The notes beneath the pieces are model-generated. The model saw nothing but the letters and a program-made list of their open reading frames with translations, was not told the origin of the DNA and did no database searches. A stretch of 47,626 nt of DNA from Chloroflexota bacterium (GTDB lineage Bacteria; Chloroflexota; Dehalococcoidia; UBA2247; JAUWOP01), in assembly GCA_030612045.1 (NCBI GenBank), contig JAUWOP010000004.1, forward strand, positions 1-47,626, in the 5' to 3' direction. Below are positions 30,617-39,362 of this stretch, piece by piece. A program made the position numbers and the translations under genes. Each line of letters begins with the position of its first letter. Positions within the stretch are counted from its first letter, which is position 1.

Positions 30617-31006
30617 ATGGCTCGTATAGCAGGGGTTGATTTACCAAGTAATAAGCGGATTGAGATAGGGCTACGTTATATCTGTGGCATAGGCCCGACC
30701 CTCAGCTCTAGGATTTTGTCTCAGGCTGTAGTCAATCCTAATATCAGGGTGAAGGACTTGACGGAAGAAGAGATAGTGCGTCTTCGTGAGGTTATAGATA
30801 GACACTATAGAGTAGAGGGTGAGCTAAGAAAGGCAGTTGATTTTAATATTAGGCGTCTCATTGAGATAGGTTGCTATAAAGGTATTAGACACCGGAGAAG
30901 ATTACCAGTGCGGGGGCAGCGCACTCGAACTAATGCCCGAACCAAGCGAGGTCCACGGCAAACTATTCCCGGCAGGGGCAGGCGTCGCGGCTCTAGTAAG
31001 AAATAA
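30617..31006 (+). CDS. rpsM: 30S ribosomal protein S13
   Basis: [21 protein letters not shown]. Confidence 0.98.
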   Translation: MARIAGVDLPSNKRIEIGLRYICGIGPTLSSRILSQAVVNPNIRVKDLTEEEIVRLREVIDRHYRVEGELRKAVDFNIRRLIEIGCYKGIRHRRRLPVRGQRTRTNARTKRGPRQTIPGRGRRRGSSKK

Positions 31007-31025
31007 GGTAAAGTGGGATGGTGAT

Positions 31026-31421
31026 ATGGCAAGAAAGAAAGGTGTATCTAAGGTTAGAAGAAGGGACCGCAGGGTTGCTCCTCAAGGAAGGGCATATATC
31101 CAGTCTACCTTTAATAATACGATAATTACCCTTGCAGACATGCAGGGTAATGTTATTAGTTGGGGAAGTCCTGGTCTGGTTAAATTTAAGGGCTCACGCA
31201 AGGGGACCCCTTATGCAGCGCAGATGGCATCCAGCGAAGCGGCACGCCGAGCTATGGAGTGTGGACTACAGCAGGTTGAAGTTTATGTGAAGGGGCCTGG
31301 TAGTGGTCGAGAGGCGGCAATTCGCGCTCTTCAATCTGCAGGACTGACCATAACGGGGATCAGGGATGTTACCCCTATCCCGCATAATGGTTGCCGTCCC
31401 CCTAAGAAAAGGAGGGTGTAG
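31026..31421 (+). CDS. rpsK: 30S ribosomal protein S11
   Basis: [36 protein letters not shown]; ATG at 31026. Confidence 0.98.
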   Translation: MARKKGVSKVRRRDRRVAPQGRAYIQSTFNNTIITLADMQGNVISWGSPGLVKFKGSRKGTPYAAQMASSEAARRAMECGLQQVEVYVKGPGSGREAAIRALQSAGLTITGIRDVTPIPHNGCRPPKKRRV

Positions 31422-31430
31422 GAAGAGAAT

Positions 31431-32060
31431 ATGGCTCGATATTTGGAACCACGCTGTAAGTTGTGCCGTCATGCTGGTGTGAAACTATTCCTCAAGGGTG
31501 AAAGGTGCCTAACATCCAAATGTGCTATGGAGAAGCGGTCTACATCGTTAGGACGCCGTACTTCAGGATGGCGTCGTAGGGTTTCAGGAAGAGGCTTACA
31601 ACTTCGTGAGAAACAGAAGGCAAGATACACTTATGGTATGATGGAGCGGCAATTCCGACGATTCTTTGCTGAAGCTGAGAAGGCCAGGGGTGCTACGGGT
31701 GAGAATTTTGTTCAACTCTTGGAGCGGCGATTGGATAATGTTGTTTATCGGTTGCACTTCGCTGACTCATGTCAGCAGGCACGCCAGCTTGTAAATCATG
31801 GTCATATTGAGGTGAATGGACATAAGGTTGACATTCCTTCCTATTTAGTTAGACCAGGAGATGTTGTGGGGTGGACTAAGAGTGGGTCCAAGACTGATAA
31901 TTACCATAGGATAGCAGAGGAGATAACGGGGGTAGTTGAACCATCTTGGTTATTACTAGATAAGGGAAATCTGAGCGCCAGGGTATTGACTCTTCCGACT
32001 CGCAGTGAAATTAAAACTGAGTTTAATGAAAATGCAATAGTGGAATACTATTCTCGGTAG
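31431..32060 (+). CDS. rpsD: 30S ribosomal protein S4 (Zn-binding type)
   Basis: CKLCR..C..C, QLREKQK, LERRLDNVVYR, IVEYYSR. Confidence 0.98.
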   Translation: MARYLEPRCKLCRHAGVKLFLKGERCLTSKCAMEKRSTSLGRRTSGWRRRVSGRGLQLREKQKARYTYGMMERQFRRFFAEAEKARGATGENFVQLLERRLDNVVYRLHFADSCQQARQLVNHGHIEVNGHKVDIPSYLVRPGDVVGWTKSGSKTDNYHRIAEEITGVVEPSWLLLDKGNLSARVLTLPTRSEIKTEFNENAIVEYYSR

Positions 32061-32085
32061 CAGGCGTGAGGGGAAGGAGTGTATA

Positions 32086-33156
32086 TTGTATCATTTAGCT
32101 ATACCTGAGATAGAGAGCGTTGATAATCAAGGTAAGTATGGACGCTTTATTATAGCACCCATGGAGAGAGGTTTTGGCATCACTCTAGGTAATGCCTTGC
32201 GGAGGACGATTCTTAGTGCACTCTCAGGAGCGGCAGTTAATTGGCTTAAGATAGAGGGTGTGTTTCATGAATTTTCGGCTATTTCTCATGTAAAGGAGAG
32301 TGCTGAGGATTTGTTATTGAATGTTAGAGCTTTGCGCCTCTGTCCTCTGACAGGAGAAGAGTCAAAACTGTTCCTCGAAGTTGAGGGTAGTGGCCCTGCT
32401 TATGCTGCTGATATTCAACCTTCAGCAGATTTCAAGATAGCTAATCCAGAACAACTTCTTGCCGTACTGGACTCAGATGATGCCCGTCTCTCGATTGAAT
32501 TTAATGTGGTTATAGGGAAAGGGTATGAGATGGCTTCCCATAGCGAGAACCTGCTGCTAGGTGCTATTCCGGTGGATGCTATCTTTACTCCAGTACGAAA
32601 GGTCAACTTTAAGGTTGAGCCGTTACATAGAGGGCGTATTTCGGGACAGGAAAGGCTTATTTTGGAAATATGGACTGATGATACAATTTCTGCTACTGAG
32701 GCTCTCAGCCGTGGAGCGCAGATATTAATAGATCAACTTACTCCCTGCAGTAAGATGGCGATGGAGCCTCAACCAGAGATAGAGGAGAGAGAGGAGGTAG
32801 GGGAACTTGTGTCTCTCCCTTATGAAATTAGGAGTATGCCTATTGAACAGATAGGGTTAGCGCAATCTATAGTCCAACGACTGCAGCAGAACAAGATTAG
32901 ACTAGTTGGAGAGTTAATGGCAAAAACTGATGATGAACTTCTTCAAATAGACAAATTTGGGCCAAAGTCTCTGCAGGCAGTACGAGAACGTCTCGGAGGG
33001 TTAGGCTTTATCGTATTACAGGATACTGAGGGGATGGAATCTCTATCTCATGGGGAGGTTTCACCCAGAGCAGGTACGGAGAAGGAAGAATATGAGGTGC
33101 AGCATAACGGTGAAGATATAAGTAAGGGTTTTATCAGCGATGAGGGAGTCTTATGA
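32086..33156 (+). CDS. rpoA: RNA polymerase subunit alpha
   Basis: ERGFGITLGNALRR, HEFS, PVDAIFTPV, FGPKSL; TTG start. Confidence 0.96.
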   Translation: MYHLAIPEIESVDNQGKYGRFIIAPMERGFGITLGNALRRTILSALSGAAVNWLKIEGVFHEFSAISHVKESAEDLLLNVRALRLCPLTGEESKLFLEVEGSGPAYAADIQPSADFKIANPEQLLAVLDSDDARLSIEFNVVIGKGYEMASHSENLLLGAIPVDAIFTPVRKVNFKVEPLHRGRISGQERLILEIWTDDTISATEALSRGAQILIDQLTPCSKMAMEPQPEIEEREEVGELVSLPYEIRSMPIEQIGLAQSIVQRLQQNKIRLVGELMAKTDDELLQIDKFGPKSLQAVRERLGGLGFIVLQDTEGMESLSHGEVSPRAGTEKEEYEVQHNGEDISKGFISDEGVL

Positions 33157-33506
33157 GACATCGAGTAGCAGGACAAAAACTTTCATTGCCAACAGCTCAT
33201 AGATTGGCATTGTATCGTAATTTGACCATTGCATTAATAGCACATGAGCGGATTATTACCACTGATGCTAAGGCGAAGGGTGTCCGAAGTATGGTTGAAA
33301 AGGTGATTACACTGGGTAAGGATGGCAGCCTTCATGCACGGAGACAAGCTCTCCAGATGATTAATAATGAGGGTGCTGTAAGGAAGGTCTTTGAGGAGAC
33401 TGCCCCACGGTATGCCGACCGCTCAGGAGGATACATGCGCATTCTTAGATTGGGTTATCGTAAAGGGGATGGAGCCTTTACTGTATTAGTGGAGCTGGTA
33501 AAGTAG
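33153..33506 (+). CDS. rplQ: 50S ribosomal protein L17
   Basis: MRHR, ITTDAKAK, LHARRQA, GGYMRI. Confidence 0.97.
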   Translation: MRHRVAGQKLSLPTAHRLALYRNLTIALIAHERIITTDAKAKGVRSMVEKVITLGKDGSLHARRQALQMINNEGAVRKVFEETAPRYADRSGGYMRILRLGYRKGDGAFTVLVELVK

Positions 33507-33594
33507 GGGATGAGAGTTGGTAGCTAATGTTAGGCAGTAGTGTGGGGATTTATTCCTTACTCCTGACTGATAATTAAGGGCTGATAGCTGACAG

Positions 33595-34371
33595 ATGAAG
33601 ATCGTGACAGTTATAGAGTACAACGGGGCTAGATATCATGGTTTTCAGTGGCAGGCAAATGTGATTACTGTGCAGGAGGAGGTGGAGCGGGCGTTAGTTA
33701 AGTTGTGTGGGGAGAAGATACGGATTGCTGCTGCTAGTCGGACAGATGTAGGGGTTCACGCCAGGGGGCAAGTGGTAGGTTTTCATGCTTCTAGAAGTTT
33801 ACCACTGAGAACTTGGAGGTGTGCCTTAAACTCTTATCTCCCTTCAGACATAGCTGTTAAGAGAGTCTATGTAGCTGACGATAGTTTTAATGCCAGGCGA
33901 GATGCCACCTCTCGGTCTTATCGTTATTCTATTTTGAATAGTGTTACTCGGTCTCCATTATATAGAGGGGTTACTTATCATATCTCAAAACCCTTGGATA
34001 TAAGGGCTATGAACCAGGCTTGTGAGGTTCTTATAGGCAAGAATAATCTCACAGCCTTTTCTTCCGTGTCTCACGTGAGGACAGTACGCACAGTGTATAA
34101 GGCAGAGATTTATCGATGTGGTGACTTGGTAATATTTGATATGTGTGCTGGTTCCTTTTTAACCCATCAGGTGAGGAATACGGTAGGTGGTTTAATTCAG
34201 GTGGGACTAGGAAAAGTGAGCCCACAGACCTTTTGGGATTGGGCGAGGTGTGAAAAGAGAGGGGTGGTAGGTCCCACTGCGCCTGCACACGCCCTATGCC
34301 TGATGAGGGTAGATTATAGCAACTGCTCTCAACTGTCTGAGGAGGGGGAAAATGAAAACATATACTCCTAA
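33595..34371 (+). CDS. truA: tRNA pseudouridine(38-40) synthase
   Basis: [38 protein letters not shown]. Confidence 0.95.
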   Translation: MKIVTVIEYNGARYHGFQWQANVITVQEEVERALVKLCGEKIRIAAASRTDVGVHARGQVVGFHASRSLPLRTWRCALNSYLPSDIAVKRVYVADDSFNARRDATSRSYRYSILNSVTRSPLYRGVTYHISKPLDIRAMNQACEVLIGKNNLTAFSSVSHVRTVRTVYKAEIYRCGDLVIFDMCAGSFLTHQVRNTVGGLIQVGLGKVSPQTFWDWARCEKRGVVGPTAPAHALCLMRVDYSNCSQLSEEGENENIYS

Positions 34372-34789
34372 AGCCGATGATGTAATGCGCGAGTGGCATG
34401 TTATTGATGCCTCAGGGAAAATTTTAGGCAGGCTGGCTGTTGAGGTAGCACGGCTACTTCGCGGTAAGCATAAGCCGATGTTTTCTCCTCATTTTGATGT
34501 GGGGGATTTTGTGGTGGTGATAAATGCTGAGAAGGTTCGGGTAACTGGCAAGAAAAAAGAGGAGAAGATATACTATCATCATTCTGGCTATCCAGGTGGA
34601 TTGAAAAGTATAACCTTTGCCAAGATGCAGGCAACTCACCCTACTAGAATAATTGAGTTAGCAGTGAAGGGTATGCTTCCACATAATAGTTTGGGACGTG
34701 CTGAGCGGAGGAGATTAAAGGTATATGCAGGTGGGGAACATCCACACCAAGCTCAGGTTTGCAATAGTCAGAGGGGAAGGTGCAGTTGA
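34352..34789 (+). CDS. rplM: 50S ribosomal protein L13
   Basis: [25 protein letters not shown]. Confidence 0.98.
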   Translation: MKTYTPKADDVMREWHVIDASGKILGRLAVEVARLLRGKHKPMFSPHFDVGDFVVVINAEKVRVTGKKKEEKIYYHHSGYPGGLKSITFAKMQATHPTRIIELAVKGMLPHNSLGRAERRRLKVYAGGEHPHQAQVCNSQRGRCS

Positions 34790-34791
34790 AT

Positions 34792-35181
34792 ATGCAAGAG
34801 TATTTTTATGGAACTGGAAAAAGGAAGTGTGCCATAGCGAGGGTGAGGTTATACCCCGGTGATGGCGGTGTCATAATCAACGGGAAGTCTCTTGATGAGG
34901 CTTTCCCTTCTGTGATATTAGGCCGCACAGCCCTGGAACCTTTACGAGTTAGTAATATGGCCGATAAGTTTAATGTTGTGGTTAAAGTAGAAGGTGGAGG
35001 AGTCTCGGGGCAGGCTGGTGCTATACGGCATGGTATTGCTCGCGCCTTAGTGGTAAGTGATGAATCCATGAGACGCTTAATGCGACAATATGGCTTGCTC
35101 ACACGGGACTCCAGGATAAAAGAACGTAAGAAATATGGACTCAAGCGTGCTCGTAAGGCACCGCAGTATACTAAGAGATAG
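34792..35181 (+). CDS. rpsI: 30S ribosomal protein S9
   Basis: [37 protein letters not shown]. Confidence 0.98.
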   Translation: MQEYFYGTGKRKCAIARVRLYPGDGGVIINGKSLDEAFPSVILGRTALEPLRVSNMADKFNVVVKVEGGGVSGQAGAIRHGIARALVVSDESMRRLMRQYGLLTRDSRIKERKKYGLKRARKAPQYTKR

Positions 35182-35241
35182 ATTGTAGGGAAGACCCTTT
35201 CTAGTTTTTCTTCTCTCTTATCCTTATAACAGCAATAATCG

Positions 35242-35274
35242 TACCTGTGGGAGTGGTCTCCTGACTGCTATTAT
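35242..35274 (+). repeat. REP-like repeat, matching 14253-14285
   Basis: Direct sequence similarity, 28/33. Confidence 0.55.
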
Positions 35275-35283
35275 TGCTTGCTA

Positions 35284-36533
35284 TGGGGTGCCTCCAGTTT
35301 TAGTACCACCTACAATAAGAGACTTCCTGCTTTCTCCGCTGGTTGCTCAACCCCTTTTACCTGGTTCTCCTCGTAGTATCTTCTGGCGAAATCTGCCGGT
35401 GTCAGGTAGTCCAGAGAGCTGTGTGGTCGGTAGTTATTGTACTCTCCTCTCCAGGCTTCCACAATGACCTGTGCTTCCTTCCCGTTTCGGAATATCTCGT
35501 GATTCAGACATTCATCCCTCAGCTTATCATTAAAGCTCTCAATGTAGCCATTCTCCCATGGGCTGCCAAGGTTGATGAACAGAGTCTGACAACCAGAACT
35601 CTCTAACCACTGGCAAAGTGCCCTGGCTATAAACTCAGGTCTGTTGTCACTGCGGATATACTCTGGCAACTCCTCTGGTTAAGAATAACCACTCCATTAC
35701 TCGAGTGACTACTGAGGCTGGTATTGAAGGCGCAACCCTGATAGCTAAACATTCCCGAGTATACTTGTCGATGATGACTAGAATCCTGAGCTTCCCACCT
35801 CTTTCAGTCCTGTCCTCAACAAAGTCATAGCTTCAGACATGATTTGGATAGTCCGCTTTATTCACTATTCCTCCTGTTGGCCCCATTCTATGTCTCTTTG
35901 GTCTTCTCTGTGGTAACCCCAGTCCTTCCGATTTCCAGATACGATGGAGCCGCTTCTTATTTACTCTAAAGCCCTCCCGCCCAAGCAGCCCTGTAATCCT
36001 GCGGTAGCCATACCGGCTATGGTGACCTGGCCAGCTCATGTATCCTCTTAACCAGCCCCACTTCATCCCATCGCTTCCTAGCGACATATCTCACCACAGA
36101 CCTTGACACTCCCCTCCAAACTTGCACAGGCATGTCGCTGGGAGCACTTACTCCCCCCTATCAGATACTTCACTGTTGATCTTCTGACAAGAGGGCTTAC
36201 CATTTTTTGAGTTGATTTCCTTAAGCAGCTCATTATCCAATGCCTGCTGGGCCACTATCCGCTTCAGCCTGGCGTTTTCCTCCTCCAGTGCTTTCAAGCG
36301 TTTGAGCTCAGAAAGGGTCATCCCGCCATACTTGCTCTTCCAGCGATGGATGGTGGCCGGTGAAAACTCCATGCTCCCGGGCAGCATCAACCACTGGACA
36401 ACCATCATCAACCTCCTTGAGAATACGGAATATCTGCGCCTCCGAATGCCTTCTTGTTTTCACGATAACCCTCCTGTATTTATTCTACAGGAGTCTCGCA
36501 TTCAATGTGGACCTAATTTCTGGGGGCAGGCCA
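35284..36533 (-). mobile_element. Decayed IS3-family insertion sequence (IS407-group-like), 1250 bp
   Basis: Imperfect terminal inverted repeats TGGGGTGCCTCCAGTTTTAGTACCA and TGGCCTGCCCCCAGAAATTAGGTCCA; flanks gcta/gtta; orfA/orfB remnants with an A6 slippery run near 36203-36208. Confidence 0.9.
35310..36463 (-). pseudogene. IS3 transposase orfA/orfB, frameshifted with an in-frame stop
   Basis: orfA KTRRHSEAQI.. shifts frame before ATIHRWKSKYGGM; orfB RYGYRRI, HV*SYDF (W to stop), SDNRPEF, SPWENGYIESFN, RPHSSL split over frames. Confidence 0.88.
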
Positions 36534-36571
36534 GTTAGCCGACAACTCAGAATGAGAAAGACGATTTCGTG

Positions 36572-36601
36572 TTGACTTGAGTAGAACATATGTGCTAATC
36601 T
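36572..36601 (+). promoter_or_regulatory. Promoter of the portal gene with an overlapping LexA/SOS-like box
   Basis: TTGACT-18 nt-TAATCT with an extended -10 TG; AGAAC-ATAT-GTGCT at 36583-36596, one mismatch to AGAAC-N4-GTTCT. Confidence 0.65.
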
Positions 36602-36629
36602 GAGATTGTCGCAATAGGAGGCACACGCA

Positions 36630-37973
36630 GTGTTGAATGATACATTCCCTCAGAACCTTGCACAGCAGGACAATGCCCGCATGACGAAATACAAGACCAA
36701 CCTTGACTTCTACCACGGTCAGCAGTGGCAGGGGCAGTCCCGGGAAAGAAGGCTTACCTTTAACTACGCCAGGACTGTCATTGACAAGACTACTTCATAC
36801 TTAATGAGCAGTGTTACACCCACAGTTACACCCTTAGACGATTCCCCCGAGGAGAAGGCACGAGCGCAGCGCTGTGAGTTTCTTATCCAGCAAATCTATT
36901 ACGATAACGACCTTGACCTCTTAGACTTCGATTCGGAGATTGATTGCTCAGTCCTTGGTGACGGCTGCTTTAAGGTGATTTGGGATTCAGTCCGAGGCAA
37001 GGTCAAAGTTACCGCTCCAGATATCCAGGGGATATACGCTTGGTGGAGTGAGGGGGATATGTCCGACATCACCAGGGTAGCCAGCCGATACACAGTCAAG
37101 AGCCCAGAGTCAGGAGTCACGAGTCAGTGGAAGAGTGGGGGACTCCAGACTATCGTAGAGGACTGGACACCAGAGACCTTTGACCTCTACCAGGACAATG
37201 TCAGGGTGTCCCACCAGGCTAACCCCTACGGCTTCATTCCCTTCGTTATCTACCCCAACATCAGAGAGCCTAAAGACTTCTGGGGCACTTCGGATATTAT
37301 CCCCTTAATCGAGCCACAGCGTGAGCTGAACCGTGCTATATCCCAGCTTTCCAGGATACTGGAGGTATCAGGCAACCCGATAGCCGTCCTTGAGAATGTA
37401 GAGCAGTCAGGCGACATCGCAGTTAAGCCAGGCGCAGTATGGAATATACCCGAGGACGCTAAGGCATACTTGCTTGACTTACTCCAGGGGGGAGGGGTCA
37501 GGCTTCACTTAGAATACATAGATGTTATCTACAGAACCATCCACGACATGGGAGAGACACCCAGGGCAGCCTTTGGAGGCACGGATAGAGACCTCTCCGG
37601 AGCAGCATTACAGATTGAGATGTATTCCCTATTGCAGAAGGTGAGGCGCAAGAGACTCATTCGCTCCGTGGTATATAGGAAGCGCATGGAGATGATGATG
37701 AACCTTCTAAAGATTTACCGTGAAGAGCACTGGAAAAGCTACGAGGGAACGGAGGAGCTACAGCCACATGTGGTTTGGGGAGATGTCCTTCCAGCCGATG
37801 TCCTGCGCAACGCCCAGGCAGAGCAGCTACTTATCCAGGCAGGCGTTCACAGCCACAGACGAGCCATGACAGAGATGGGTATCATCAACCCCGATGACGA
37901 ATTTAATCAGTGGCTTGAGGAAGACAGAGCTATCAGAGAAATGAGAGAGGAGGTAAAGAAAAGTGAGCAATGA
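36630..37973 (+). CDS. Phage portal protein, SPP1 Gp6-like
   Basis: FYHGQQW, FNYARTVID, LGDG, NPYGFIPFV..PN, GTSDI..LI..Q.ELNR, SGAAL; 447 aa; SD aggagg before GTG. Confidence 0.85.
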   Translation: MLNDTFPQNLAQQDNARMTKYKTNLDFYHGQQWQGQSRERRLTFNYARTVIDKTTSYLMSSVTPTVTPLDDSPEEKARAQRCEFLIQQIYYDNDLDLLDFDSEIDCSVLGDGCFKVIWDSVRGKVKVTAPDIQGIYAWWSEGDMSDITRVASRYTVKSPESGVTSQWKSGGLQTIVEDWTPETFDLYQDNVRVSHQANPYGFIPFVIYPNIREPKDFWGTSDIIPLIEPQRELNRAISQLSRILEVSGNPIAVLENVEQSGDIAVKPGAVWNIPEDAKAYLLDLLQGGGVRLHLEYIDVIYRTIHDMGETPRAAFGGTDRDLSGAALQIEMYSLLQKVRRKRLIRSVVYRKRMEMMMNLLKIYREEHWKSYEGTEELQPHVVWGDVLPADVLRNAQAEQLLIQAGVHSHRRAMTEMGIINPDDEFNQWLEEDRAIREMREEVKKSEQ

Positions 37974-38160
37974 TACAGGGAGAGGCACAAGGTTACAACC
38001 CATGACCATTGAGCACCGTAGTAAAGTCAATGTCTATATTACCGTGTCGGAGGCAGCCACCCATCAGGATATTGGCGTTATCGCTTGGCACACCGACGCA
38101 TTAGCCAGGCGAGGCTATGATGTAGAGTGCCACTACAACCAGAAAGACAACAATGCTTAA
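37963..38160 (+). CDS. Small hypothetical protein (apparent paralog of 38696-38875)
   Basis: SD ggaggt, overlaps the portal stop; shared H..L...GY.V pattern. Confidence 0.6.
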   Translation: MSNDTGRGTRLQPMTIEHRSKVNVYITVSEAATHQDIGVIAWHTDALARRGYDVECHYNQKDNNA

Positions 38161-38228
38161 CGAAGGTAAATAGACCGAAGGAAGGGAATATCCTTTAGTC
38201 TAATAACATAAAACGAAAGGAGGTATAG

Positions 38229-38408
38229 ATGTTTAAATGCGAGAGATGCGGAAAGGTGGCAAAACGGCGAAAGCAAGCAGGGTTTGACCTTTGCTCAGCT
38301 TGCCACAAGGAAGCCCTAGCAGAACAAGGGCAGCTCTGGAAAGATATAGCACAGTATTACCATGACCAGGGAGCACATCTCTGTATGGTAACCATGCAGA
38401 GCAAGTAA
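38229..38408 (+). CDS. Small zinc-finger protein, 59 aa (absent from the ORF track)
   Basis: MFKCERCGK..LCSACHKE (CxxC-x14-CxxC); strong SD aaggaggt. Confidence 0.7.
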   Translation: MFKCERCGKVAKRRKQAGFDLCSACHKEALAEQGQLWKDIAQYYHDQGAHLCMVTMQSK

Positions 38409-38447
38409 AGGAGACTTAGGACTTAGGAGAAGGAGGTATAGAGCAAG

Positions 38448-38699
38448 ATGGAGGAAGTAACCAGGGCATCAGTAACCATTGAGGAAATCAGCGACTTCAA
38501 GGCGACAATCCAGAGGAACAAAGACGGCGACCTTATCACCAGGGTGAGCTTCGACACCAAAGACAACCCCGCCACAGTAGCCAGCCTATTCAGGCTACGA
38601 GGAGCAGGGCTTATAACCGCCACATTCACAAGCCCACAGCTACAGCTTAATATGGCAGACAGCAAGGGAAACCACCAGGCAGAGGAGGTAATAGCATGA
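38448..38699 (+). CDS. Hypothetical protein
   Basis: SD aaggaggt; ATGA overlap with the next ORF. Confidence 0.65.
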   Translation: MEEVTRASVTIEEISDFKATIQRNKDGDLITRVSFDTKDNPATVASLFRLRGAGLITATFTSPQLQLNMADSKGNHQAEEVIA

Positions 38700-38875
38700 G
38701 TCAGAACGAGCCGAAGATTAGAATAATCATGTCCAATGTCCAGACCCCAGAAGAGCGAGCGCCTATCCTGCAGCACGCCGAGGAGCTCAGGGAGCAGGGA
38801 TACAAGGTCATTGTCAACTTCATAGCCAACGAAGACGCAGCCAGTATCCTCACCGCTCCACGGTGGGCAGCATGA
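38696..38875 (+). CDS. Small hypothetical protein, 59 aa (absent from the ORF track)
   Basis: MSQNEPKIRIIMSNVQTPEERAPILQHAEELREQGYKVIVNF..; SD ggaggt; ATGA overlaps at both ends. Confidence 0.65.
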   Translation: MSQNEPKIRIIMSNVQTPEERAPILQHAEELREQGYKVIVNFIANEDAASILTAPRWAA

Positions 38876-39183
38876 GACCAGGGTATACCAGCGCAGACAG
38901 AAAGCCTGACAGGCTAGGCAGAACGCACCGCTTCCCCGCAGGCTTCGACCAGCTTTGCGCAGTGATGGAGCAGTGCAGCGAGGAGCCGGGAGGGTGCCAG
39001 GCGTGTTCAGTTCGGGCAGAATGTGAAGCATGGTTTGGACACTATGCCTGTAGTAATGCTAGTGAGCTTAACATTGGGAAAAGCCAGGCGAAACGATGGA
39101 GCCAGGCTAATCACGAGTTCGAGGAAATCAGGAAGAGGAAGAATATTCACCTCTTTGCCCGCGCCTACGAGAAGGGAGGGTAA
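38872..39183 (+). CDS. Cys-rich hypothetical protein (C-x5-C-x6-CxxC-x5-C)
   Basis: CAVMEQCSEEPGGCQACSVRAEC; ATGA coupling. Confidence 0.6.
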   Translation: MRPGYTSADRKPDRLGRTHRFPAGFDQLCAVMEQCSEEPGGCQACSVRAECEAWFGHYACSNASELNIGKSQAKRWSQANHEFEEIRKRKNIHLFARAYEKGG

Positions 39184-39203
39184 CCAATGAGTAAGCAGTC
39201 ATT

Positions 39204-39281
39204 GAGTTATAGAGTTCATAGAGTTGGGGAAGGGTGGGGAACTCAACAAACTCAACAAACTCAACAAACTCAACAAACTCA
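39204..39281. repeat. Composite GAGTT/(AACTCAACA)n repeat, copy 1
   Basis: gagttatagagttcatagagtt-ggggaagggtgggg-(aactcaaca)x4-aactca. Confidence 0.9.
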
Positions 39282-39362
39282 GCCACCCCAGTCACCCACC
39301 TTGACAGCTAGTAGTATAATATGTAAACAAGCAAACAATCTATGAGGAAAGGAGCAAGCAAA

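Noticed and set aside
39301-39320. TTGACA...TATAAT promoter upstream of the scaffold gene
   Set aside because: Spacing is only 8 nt; the alternative -10 at 17 nt (TAAACA) is weak
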